Below, piece after piece: positions 24,787 through 32,000 of a stretch of 32,000 nucleotides of DNA; positions within the stretch are counted from its first letter, which is position 1; every line of letters begins with the position of its first letter. The translations under genes were made by a program, and so were the position numbers. Below the pieces are notes generated by a model that had not been told where the DNA came from, ran no database searches, and worked only from the letters and a program-made list of their open reading frames with translations. This stretch comes from an uncultured archaeon (GTDB taxonomy: Archaea; Iainarchaeota; Iainarchaeia; Iainarchaeales; 0-14-0-20-30-16), in NCBI GenBank assembly GCA_964595665.1, contig CAZQQS010000004.1:3832-35831 (forward strand). The letters are read 5' to 3'.

Positions 24787-24936
24787 TTGAATTTCAATGT
24801 TAATGGAGTAAGAGGCAATACGCCTAAAATGGGATATACCTGTATGAATTGTAGAAAAGAAATCGAGAATCCAGAAGGCCCTTTTGGAAAAAGATTTTGC
24901 TCTGAAGAATGTAGAAGAGAATATATGGGAAAGTAG
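24787..24936 (+). CDS. Small FCS/TRASH-like zinc-ribbon protein (35-49 aa)
   Basis: Hand-translated sequence is (L)NFNVNGVRGNTPKMGYTCMNCRKEIENPEGPFGKRFCSEECRREYMGK. The Cys pattern is CxxC-x17-CxxxC with an FCSxxC signature. GGGTGAT precedes the TTG at 24787. An alternative ATG lies at 24829. It is not in the supplied track. Confidence 0.45.
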   Translation: MNFNVNGVRGNTPKMGYTCMNCRKEIENPEGPFGKRFCSEECRREYMGK

Positions 24937-24951
24937 TTTTTTAAATTACTT

Positions 24952-25596
24952 TTATTTTATTACTTTACCAGTTTCAATATACCATAAATATAAATCTAAT
25001 TCTGCCAAGTTTAAATTGGCTTTTTTTCCTATTTTTTCTAGTATTCTTTCTGCGTCTAAATATACTTTTGGAGTAATCGTTTTTGGTTTTATAATTAATT
25101 TATTTTTAACTAATAGATCTAAAATATGAAAATCAATAATTGCTAAATTTTCATAACCTATATTTCTTAAAAAATGACTTGACTCTTTTAAACCTAAACC
25201 TTTAACATTTTTTGCTAAATAATCTCTTAATTCAAATTCATCTTTAATATCATCTAAAATATTTCTTAAATTATGTTTTCTTGCTTCAACAATATATTTT
25301 GCCCTAGTATTAGGAAATCTATGACCCAATTCTTTTAATTTTTCAGCTAACTTATTTTCATCTAATGTAAATAATTTATCTTGTAAAGTATTTTGAATCT
25401 TTAATGATTTTTCTGCATTAAAATTTGCTGCCATTAAACAAAAACATAATTCTTGAAATAATAAATTATTAGATGTTTTCTTCAAAGATTTAAAGTCTTT
25501 TATTTTATTATCAATTATATTTTTTATTTCTGTTTTCTGTAAAATTTTTATTTTATTTATTAAATCAATCATAATTTCACATAAATCTTTTTTCAA
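24952..25596 (-). CDS. ogg: 8-oxoguanine DNA glycosylase/AP lyase, archaeal Ogg2 type (HhH-GPD)
   Basis: The segment VKGLGLKESSHFLRNIGYENLAIIDFHI matches the HhH plus catalytic Lys/Asp signature of Ogg2-type N-glycosylase/DNA lyases. Confidence 0.75.
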   Translation of the reverse strand: MKKDLCEIMIDLINKIKILQKTEIKNIIDNKIKDFKSLKKTSNNLLFQELCFCLMAANFNAEKSLKIQNTLQDKLFTLDENKLAEKLKELGHRFPNTRAKYIVEARKHNLRNILDDIKDEFELRDYLAKNVKGLGLKESSHFLRNIGYENLAIIDFHILDLLVKNKLIIKPKTITPKVYLDAERILEKIGKKANLNLAELDLYLWYIETGKVIK

Positions 25597-26164
25597 CTAT
25601 CTTCCAATCAATTGAATTAAAAATTGTGTTAACATAATCTACTTTTTTTAAACCATAATCTAACATATATGCGTGTTCAAAAACATCTATTACCAACAAT
25701 ATATCTAATCCAGCTAATAATCCTAAATCATGTTCATTTACCCAAATATTAAATAATTTATTTTCTAAAGAATCATATGCTAATACTACCCAACCTATGC
25801 CTCTCATAGCTGTTAAAGATTTAAATTCTTTCTCGAAATTATCAAAAGAGTTATATTGTTCAAGAATTAATTTCCCTATATTTGATTCCGCATTAAATTT
25901 TATTGGATTTAAAGACAAATTTTCAAAATATAATTCATGTAATCTCATTCCATTAAATTCCCAACCAAATCTTCTATGTAATTCCGCATATTCTGGACTT
26001 GCTTTATCTAAAGTACTTAACAAAGTTAATAATTTATTTGTATTATTTACATATCCCTGATACAAAGTAAAATGATTTTTTAATAAATCATTTGATAAAC
26101 CATTTATTCCCAATAAAAAATCATAATTTTTTATTTCATACATATTTTCACCTATAAAAGACAC
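25577..26164 (-). CDS. Fe/Mn-family superoxide dismutase-like protein (divergent N-terminal motif)
   Basis: The C-terminal signature DVFEHAYMLDYG carries the Asp/His ligands. The central segment NGMRLHELYFENL and N-terminal segment NHFTLYQGYVNNTN are also present. The likely start is the internal MYEIK. The 3' end overlaps ogg by 20 nt. Confidence 0.7.
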   Translation of the reverse strand: MSFIGENMYEIKNYDFLLGINGLSNDLLKNHFTLYQGYVNNTNKLLTLLSTLDKASPEYAELHRRFGWEFNGMRLHELYFENLSLNPIKFNAESNIGKLILEQYNSFDNFEKEFKSLTAMRGIGWVVLAYDSLENKLFNIWVNEHDLGLLAGLDILLVIDVFEHAYMLDYGLKKVDYVNTIFNSIDWKIVEKRFM

Positions 26165-26279
26165 CCAAAACCCTTTTTAAACATTATTATTTTCCAAAAT
26201 AAAACATACATTTATATACTTTTAAGGCCCAATTACATAATACCAAACCGTTTTGGTAAGTATAGGAGAATGAAAATAG

Positions 26280-26495
26280 ATGTATAATAGAGATGATAGA
26301 AATAATAACAGAAGTAGCTTTGGAGGCAATTACCAAAGACAAATGCACGATGCTACATGTAGTGAATGCGGTAAAAAAACACAAGTTCCATTTAAACCAA
26401 AAGAAGGATTACCAGTTTTTTGTAAAGAATGTTATTTCAAAAACAAAAATGGTGGAAAAACTTACACTAAAAAAGAAGACGAAGAAGAATATTAA
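26280..26495 (+). CDS. Small zinc-ribbon protein with Asn/Arg-rich N-terminus and acidic tail
   Basis: CSECGKKTQVPFKPKEGLPVFCKECY forms a CxxC-x17-CxxC ribbon. TAGGAG Shine-Dalgarno lies upstream. The competing frame 26293-26499 has no motif. Confidence 0.6.
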   Translation: MYNRDDRNNNRSSFGGNYQRQMHDATCSECGKKTQVPFKPKEGLPVFCKECYFKNKNGGKTYTKKEDEEEY

Positions 26496-26559
26496 TTAAT
26501 TTATTAATGACTATTTATAGAGTATTTTTTTAAATTTACTCTTTCTTTTTTTTATTTTT

Positions 26560-27423
26560 CTAATTAGTCCTAATTATTCTTAAAGTAAATAATTCTGGTG
26601 CCAAATGAGTATTTACGATTTCAAAATCAAAATCTAAATTAAGATTATAATCTTTATTATATCTTTTTACAGCCAACTTCAAATATTTTAAAAAATATTC
26701 TCTAGCATATTCATTACTTAACCTAGGAATATTAGTATTTTCTAAATAATAAGATAATTTCCCTATGGCATTATGATCTTTAATAATTTTCTTAGACATG
26801 ATTAAATTTCTTAACCTACTTTGCAATTGCAAAACATTTATAGTTAAATATGCTTCACCACCTTTTGCCAACATTAACGCGGTAAAAAAAGATGTTTTTT
26901 CAGGATAATTTGTATGATATCCTACAGAATACACACCCTCAATAAAATCATATCTACCAAGAATTTCTTTTAATAAATATCGATTATATTCTGGATTTGT
27001 CCACAGCTCTTCAAAAGTAAAATTATCTGAAAAATCTTTTCGAACTATTTTTCTAGCACTTCTAACTATTGATTTAGTTAAACCAAATACATCAATTTCA
27101 GGAGATTTACCTACAATTTCAAAACTTCGTTTTATTTTAGGGATATTTTCTCCTAATGATGGGCCTAAAATCATTATTTTAGGTTTTTTAATATTAGATG
27201 TAAGAATAGAATCATAAAACTGAGGATATTTTATATCTTGACCATTTACATTCCAATCAGTATCTCTAGATTTTGATTTTTTAGATTCGAAAATATAATC
27301 TATAAAAAAACTATTATTTATTTTCTTTCTATTTGCTCTAACCTGGTCTTTAAACTCAGGAGTTAAAAATACTTTTCCGTCTTTTATGTAAGTTCTTTTT
27401 GGTTTTAGCAAAGGTTTAAACAT
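26560..27423 (-). CDS. Hypothetical protein, possibly Rossmann-fold methyltransferase-like
   Basis: The order of segments is IMILGPSLGE, EIDVFGL, YDFIEGVY, LAKGGEAYL. This loosely follows class I methyltransferase motifs I, II, IV and post-IV. The similarity is weak. Confidence 0.4.
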   Translation of the reverse strand: MFKPLLKPKRTYIKDGKVFLTPEFKDQVRANRKKINNSFFIDYIFESKKSKSRDTDWNVNGQDIKYPQFYDSILTSNIKKPKIMILGPSLGENIPKIKRSFEIVGKSPEIDVFGLTKSIVRSARKIVRKDFSDNFTFEELWTNPEYNRYLLKEILGRYDFIEGVYSVGYHTNYPEKTSFFTALMLAKGGEAYLTINVLQLQSRLRNLIMSKKIIKDHNAIGKLSYYLENTNIPRLSNEYAREYFLKYLKLAVKRYNKDYNLNLDFDFEIVNTHLAPELFTLRIIRTN

Positions 27424-27501
27424 ATTAATTTAATATAAAGATTATTATTTAAACAGTATTCTTTTGCAAAGTTATTTATAATCTAATAATATTATAATAT
27501 T

Positions 27502-28299
27502 ATGTTTGCAGAATTTGTTTTAGGATTTATTCAAGGAATTGCAGAATGGATTCCAATAAGCTCAGAAGCTATGATTGTATTAGTTGCAAAAAACTTCTTC
27601 TTTACAACATTTAATTTAGAGAACTTAATTAAATTAGCTTTATTTTTACATTTGGGAACTTTCTTTTCAGCATTAATATATTTTTGGAAAGATATTGTAA
27701 TCTACTTAAAAGGCATTTTAAATTATAAAACACAAACTTTAGAAACAAAAAATATTATTAAATTCTTAATTATAACAACTTTAATTTCTGGGATGTTGGG
27801 ATTCTTAATATTAAAATTATTAATTAACTTAACAGAAAATTTTGAATTTACTGGGAAATTAATAACTTTTATTATTGGATTGCTATTAATTATCACAGGA
27901 ATATTATTGTTATTGCAAAAAAAGATTTCTGGAATCCGAACAGCAAAGAACTTAAATTATTTTGATGCAATTATTTTAGGATTAGTTCAAGGATTTGCAG
28001 TTTTACCAGGATTATCTAGATCTGGACTAACTATTTCAGCACTATTATTTAGAAAAATAGATAAAACCTTAGCATTAAAATTAAGTTTCTTAATGAGCTT
28101 ACCAATAGTATTAGCAGGAAATATTATATTAAACTTGGAATATTTTGCGTTTACTTTAGCAAACTTTATTGCACTATTTACAGCATTTATAGTTGGATTA
28201 TTAACTATACATTTATTAATTAAATTCTCTGAGAAAGTTAATTTCGGAATATTTGTTATTGTTTTTGGACTAATTTCAATAATAACTTTTTTTATTTAA
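27502..28299 (+). CDS. uppP: Undecaprenyl/polyprenyl-diphosphatase (UppP/BacA family)
   Basis: Signature motifs are GFIQGIAEWIPISSEA and GLVQGFAVLPGLSRSGLTISA. The protein has eight TM-like segments. Confidence 0.85.
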   Translation: MFAEFVLGFIQGIAEWIPISSEAMIVLVAKNFFFTTFNLENLIKLALFLHLGTFFSALIYFWKDIVIYLKGILNYKTQTLETKNIIKFLIITTLISGMLGFLILKLLINLTENFEFTGKLITFIIGLLLIITGILLLLQKKISGIRTAKNLNYFDAIILGLVQGFAVLPGLSRSGLTISALLFRKIDKTLALKLSFLMSLPIVLAGNIILNLEYFAFTLANFIALFTAFIVGLLTIHLLIKFSEKVNFGIFVIVFGLISIITFFI

Positions 28300-28301
28300 A
28301 T

Positions 28302-29246
28302 TTAATTCTTATGTAAAAATTTATAAGCAGTTTCAGAAGCTAAAGCTCCAGTTGCAACTGCAGAAACAATTTGTTTCATACCATTTAATGCATTAGCACA
28401 ATCACCAGCAGCATATAATCCTTGAACATTTGTAGACATATCAGCATTTACTTTAATATAACCACTATCATCTAATTCTAAATTTAATTTTTGTGTTAGA
28501 TTTAATACTGGAATACTTCCAGCTTCAATAAAAACACCATCTAATTGCAATTCTTTTGTTTCATTAGTTTTTACATTTTCTAAAACTATATTTGCAACTT
28601 TCATTGTGCCAGTAATCTTATTTACAACAGTATTTAAAATAAATTCTACTTTTTCACATTTCCTTGCTAAATCAATCTCAGTAGCATCCGCTCTAAATTC
28701 TTCTCTTCTATGTATTAAATAAACTTTATTTGCAAATTTTGATAAATGTAATACTGCTCCAAAAGCAGAATTCCCTCCACCAACAACTGCAACAGTTTTA
28801 TTCTTAAAAAACGGAGCATCACAAGTGGCACAATAGCTTACCCCTCGCCCTAAGAACTTATCTTCGCCTTCAATATTCAATTTTTTTCTTTTTGTTCCGG
28901 TTGCAATAATTACAGTTTTAGATCTTATTATCTCATTACCATCTGTTAACAACTCAAACACTTCTTTTTTATTAATTTCAACAACATTTTTTGTATATAA
29001 TTCACCATTTAATGATAAATAATGTTCTTGCATTTTATTACTCAAATCCATTCCTGTAATGCTACTAAACCCAGGATAATTCTCTATTAAATGTGTTTGA
29101 GAAACATATCCTCCGGGCACATCTCCAATTAATAAAACATCTAAATTATATCTTTTAGCATAAATTCCCGCACTATAAGATGCTGGCCCCAATCCTATTA
29201 CTATTAAATCATAAATCTTATTTTCATAATTACTCATAAACATCAC
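28302..29246 (-). CDS. trxB: Thioredoxin-disulfide reductase
   Basis: The FAD motif is VIGLGPASYSAG and the redox-active motif is SYCATCDA. The NADPH motif is VVGGGNSA...HRREEFRA, and the C-terminal motif is GLYAAGDC. Confidence 0.85.
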   Translation of the reverse strand: MMFMSNYENKIYDLIVIGLGPASYSAGIYAKRYNLDVLLIGDVPGGYVSQTHLIENYPGFSSITGMDLSNKMQEHYLSLNGELYTKNVVEINKKEVFELLTDGNEIIRSKTVIIATGTKRKKLNIEGEDKFLGRGVSYCATCDAPFFKNKTVAVVGGGNSAFGAVLHLSKFANKVYLIHRREEFRADATEIDLARKCEKVEFILNTVVNKITGTMKVANIVLENVKTNETKELQLDGVFIEAGSIPVLNLTQKLNLELDDSGYIKVNADMSTNVQGLYAAGDCANALNGMKQIVSAVATGALASETAYKFLHKN

Positions 29247-29270
29247 TTCAATTAATTCTACAAATATAAA

Positions 29271-29900
29271 CTATAAATATTTTAATAAATCATTATGATT
29301 TTTTATTCTTAAAACCTCTTTAGGCATTTCCTTATAAGCATCTTCCAAATCATAATAAACAAAATCCATATTAATTGCTTTACAAGCCAAATAATCTGTA
29401 TATGCATCTCCTATGTAAACACAATCTTTTACTTTTAATTCCAACATAGAAATTGCTTTTAATAATGGTTCTGGATTTGGTTTGCCTAAAATAGTATCAT
29501 CTCTAGTAATAATCACTTTAAACTCATTAAATATAGGTAATTGTTTTTTTAATAAATTCATTAAACGAGAAGAACTTGAAGTACATATACTTAAAACATA
29601 TTTTTTCTCTAATTTAGTTTTAACTTCTAAAAAATCTTTAAACACCTTAACTTTATTTAAATTTAAATAAAAATATTCTCGCTTTAAATTAATAAATTCT
29701 TCTATTTTATTAGAATTTTTCCCCAAAGCAAAAATTGCGGCTTCTAAATTACCTACACCTCTTTGATAATCTAAAAACTTTTTATCTATTTTTAATTTTA
29801 ATTTATTAATTGCATAATTCCAAGAATCTTCATTTAGTTTAATAGTATCTATAATTGTGCCATCCAAATCAAAAATAATTGCTTTTTTATTTTTTAACAT
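29271..29900 (-). CDS. HAD-superfamily hydrolase (beta-phosphoglucomutase/phosphatase-like, subfamily IA)
   Basis: Motif I is canonical (IIFDLDGTIIDT). Motif II is ICTSSS, the motif III Lys lies in GKPNPEP, and motif IV is IGDAYTD. Confidence 0.75.
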   Translation of the reverse strand: MLKNKKAIIFDLDGTIIDTIKLNEDSWNYAINKLKLKIDKKFLDYQRGVGNLEAAIFALGKNSNKIEEFINLKREYFYLNLNKVKVFKDFLEVKTKLEKKYVLSICTSSSSRLMNLLKKQLPIFNEFKVIITRDDTILGKPNPEPLLKAISMLELKVKDCVYIGDAYTDYLACKAINMDFVYYDLEDAYKEMPKEVLRIKNHNDLLKYL

Positions 29901-29902
29901 AT

Positions 29903-31099
29903 TTATAACTCTCTTTGTTTTGCTAAATAAATTTTTTTAGTTATTTTCTTCTCAATATACGGAGAAATCTTATCAATTAAATCTTTATCAATTAAATTAC
30001 CTAAAACATATTTCCCTAACCAATACGCATCAATATTAAATAATTGTTCTAAAGAATTTTCTTTTAATATCTTTTTTAGTTCTTCATATTTCAAAGTATT
30101 TTTAGTAGGTAAATTTAAAGAATCAAATTCCATAACTCTAATGTTTGTTAATGCCCCCGAGATAGTTTGTAAATTTTCTCTTTTTGCATAATCAAATATC
30201 TTTTCTTTTGTTTCTTCCAATTCTAAATTTATTTTATCTTTTTCTAATTCTAATTCATAATATTTATTTACTAAATTTACGCCATCATCTTTTTTAAATT
30301 CTTCAATAGTTAATTGTTTTGTTTTAAACAAATGTTTTTTTATTGGACAATAAGATGCATATGCACACCACTCACATAAAATACTTTCTTTGGGTTTAAA
30401 ATCCTCTTTTAATAAATTTTCTATATGAATTATTCTTTCCAAAATATTTGTTTTTAATTTTTCATAATCTTCTTCGGTTTTTGTTAAAATTATATCTGTA
30501 TCAAAAGCCAAAAAATGCCAAACCAATTTTACTTCTTTTACATCAGTATATTTTTCTTTTATCGCTATAGCATATAATGCTAACTGCTTATTTTTAGTTA
30601 TTTCTTCATTTGTTGGCAAGCTTCCAGAGGTTTTATAATCATGAATATAATAAACCCCATCTTTAATTGCCAATCGATCAATATACCCTATGATACTATA
30701 ATCATCAGTTAATTGCAAATTAACTTCTTGTTCCAAACCAATAGTATAATCTTGATCAAAAGGATAAAATCTTTTATAATAATCAGTTAAGTATCTTACG
30801 CCCAAATCAAAATAATGTTTATCATTAACTTCTTTTTTAACAATTTTAATTTCCTCATTAAAATCTTTTTCCCATTCTTTTTTATAAATATCTAAAACTT
30901 GTTCCAAAGTTAATATTTCGCCTAACTTTTGTTTTTTATATAACTCTTCCAAAGCATCATGCACTTTAGAACCCATAAAAGATTCAATTGAATTATCAAA
31001 ATCTTTTTCTAATTTATCTAAATAATTGAATTTATATTGCAAAGCACAATTATCAAAACTACTTAATCTAGAATATGAATATTTTGGCATTTTAATCAC
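29903..31099 (-). CDS. PD-(D/E)XK nuclease, Cas4/RecB-exonuclease-like with Cys cluster and long C-terminal extension
   Basis: The N-terminal segment is YSYSRLSSFDNCALQYKF. The nuclease core is IGYIDRL...YIHDYKTS with QLALYAIA. The Cys triad is CEWCAYASYCP. About 150 further aa are helical. The 5' end overlaps alaS by 4 bp. Confidence 0.75.
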   Translation of the reverse strand: MIKMPKYSYSRLSSFDNCALQYKFNYLDKLEKDFDNSIESFMGSKVHDALEELYKKQKLGEILTLEQVLDIYKKEWEKDFNEEIKIVKKEVNDKHYFDLGVRYLTDYYKRFYPFDQDYTIGLEQEVNLQLTDDYSIIGYIDRLAIKDGVYYIHDYKTSGSLPTNEEITKNKQLALYAIAIKEKYTDVKEVKLVWHFLAFDTDIILTKTEEDYEKLKTNILERIIHIENLLKEDFKPKESILCEWCAYASYCPIKKHLFKTKQLTIEEFKKDDGVNLVNKYYELELEKDKINLELEETKEKIFDYAKRENLQTISGALTNIRVMEFDSLNLPTKNTLKYEELKKILKENSLEQLFNIDAYWLGKYVLGNLIDKDLIDKISPYIEKKITKKIYLAKQREL

Positions 31100-32000
31100 T
31101 CCAAAATTGCTTTAATTCTTCTTATTCCAGATGCTGAAGATTCTTCTTTAATGATTTTAAACTGTCCCAACTCTTTTACATTATTAACATGAGGCCCCAT
31201 ACAAATTTCTTTAGAATAATTTCCAACACTATAAACAGATACTTTTTCAGGATATTTTAATCCAAATTCGCTTTGAGCACCGGATTTCATTGCTTGTTCT
31301 AAAGACAATTCTTCTTTTTTAATTTCTAACCCTAAAGATATAACTCTATTTACTTCATCTTCTATTTTTAATAACTCTTCTTTAGTTAATGCTCTATCAA
31401 AATTAAAATCAAATCTTAGTCTTTCTGATGTAATATTAGAGCCTTTTTGTTTAATATCTTTACTTATAATTTTTCTCAATGCTTCATTTAATAAATGTGT
31501 AGCTGTATGTAACTTTATTGTCATTTCACTCGAATCAGACATACCGCCTTTAAACTTTTGCTCAGAACCTTTTTTAGATAATTCTTGATGTTTCTTAAAT
31601 TCTTCTTGTATTGAACCAACATCTAATTTAATGTTTTTTTCTTTTGCTAATTCAATAGTCATCTCAATTGGAAAACCAAAACTTTGATAAAGTAAAAATG
31701 CATCTTCACCATTAATTTCTTTCCATTTCAAAACTATTTTCTCAAATTCTTTTAATCCTTGTAATAAAGTATTTCTAAATTTTAATTCCTCTTTATTCAA
31801 TTCATCAATTATTATTTTTTTATTTAGTTCTAATTCAGGATACCATTCTTTGTAAATAGAAATATATTCTCTTGCTATACTTTCAACAAAATTTTCTTTT
31901 ATTCCTATTTTATTTGCAAATACAATTGCTCTTCTAATTAATCTTCGCAATATATAGCCTCGATCCTTATTGCTTGGTAAACAACCATCGCCAATTAAAA
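31096..32000 (-). CDS. alaS: Alanyl-tRNA synthetase, C-terminal part (N-terminus outside window), lacking C-Ala domain
   Basis: The frame stays open upstream of the track start to the window edge and reads ..LIGDGCLPSNKDRGYILRRLIRRA, the AlaRS PSNxGRGYVLRR signature. Editing-site motifs HTATH and CMGPH are present. The protein ends 30 aa after CxxxH. Confidence 0.85.
   Translation of the reverse strand, partial: LIGDGCLPSNKDRGYILRRLIRRAIVFANKIGIKENFVESIAREYISIYKEWYPELELNKKIIIDELNKEELKFRNTLLQGLKEFEKIVLKWKEINGEDAFLLYQSFGFPIEMTIELAKEKNIKLDVGSIQEEFKKHQELSKKGSEQKFKGGMSDSSEMTIKLHTATHLLNEALRKIISKDIKQKGSNITSERLRFDFNFDRALTKEELLKIEDEVNRVISLGLEIKKEELSLEQAMKSGAQSEFGLKYPEKVSVYSVGNYSKEICMGPHVNNVKELGQFKIIKEESSASGIRRIKAILE

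Noticed and set aside
24511-25129. Tracked ORFs 24511-24708 (minus strand, 65 aa) and 24884-25129 (plus strand, 81 aa).
   Set aside because: The first is the antisense shadow of a Lys-rich plus-strand micro-ORF that has a GGAGGA Shine-Dalgarno motif. The second is out of frame with the FCS zinc-ribbon ORF and runs antisense into ogg. The hand-translated alternatives are better supported.
1-32000. I looked for CRISPR arrays, long direct or inverted repeats, transposase or integrase genes, and prophage or defence-island signatures.
   Set aside because: No regularly spaced repeats of 24 bp or longer were visible, and no recognisable cas, RT, integrase or toxin-antitoxin motifs were seen by eye. 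The only mobile-element-like item is the LAGLIDADG ORF. A computational repeat search would be needed to exclude short dispersed repeats.

Overview
The window is very AT-rich (about 25-27% GC by eye) and tightly packed. Coding density is about 90%, and many gene junctions overlap by 1, 4 or about 20 nt. Gene content is archaeal: an Sm-like protein, an AglB/STT3 oligosaccharyltransferase, an AglH-type GlcNAc-1-P transferase, NMD3, TrmB, an Ogg2-type glycosylase, a TIGR00288-like NYN protein, archaeal MinD, and minimised aminoacyl-tRNA synthetases. This composition and compaction fit a small-genome, DPANN-like archaeon. Start codons are usually preceded by GGTGAT/GGAGG-type Shine-Dalgarno motifs, and a few genes seem to use TTG or GTG starts. 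I found no tRNA, recognisable rRNA, CRISPR array, transposase or integrase.

Main points:
1. A 380-aa [FeFe]-hydrogenase homologue (19662-20804) consists only of the H-cluster domain. All three H-cluster motifs are present, and no maturase or partner gene lies in the window.
2. A tight five-gene operon (15684-18257) encodes NYN, two unknown small proteins, MinD and Sm, and ends in a terminator hairpin.
3. A 310-bp GC-enriched convergent intergenic region (5719-6028) carries nested helices. It looks like an unassigned structured RNA.
4. An N-glycosylation cluster encodes an AglB whose WWDYG motif reads WWSWG. It sits next to a sequon-rich beta-helix surface protein.
5. A free-standing double-motif LAGLIDADG ORF lies directly behind a truncated-looking DinD/Bro-N gene at the window edge.
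6. An M50-CBS site-2 protease homologue has HExxH degraded to HDGFQ, and a micro-ORF is coupled to it through TAATG.
7. AlaRS is stripped down and is 4-bp coupled to a stand-alone Cas4-like nuclease.

All function calls rest on motifs read by eye. No database search was possible.
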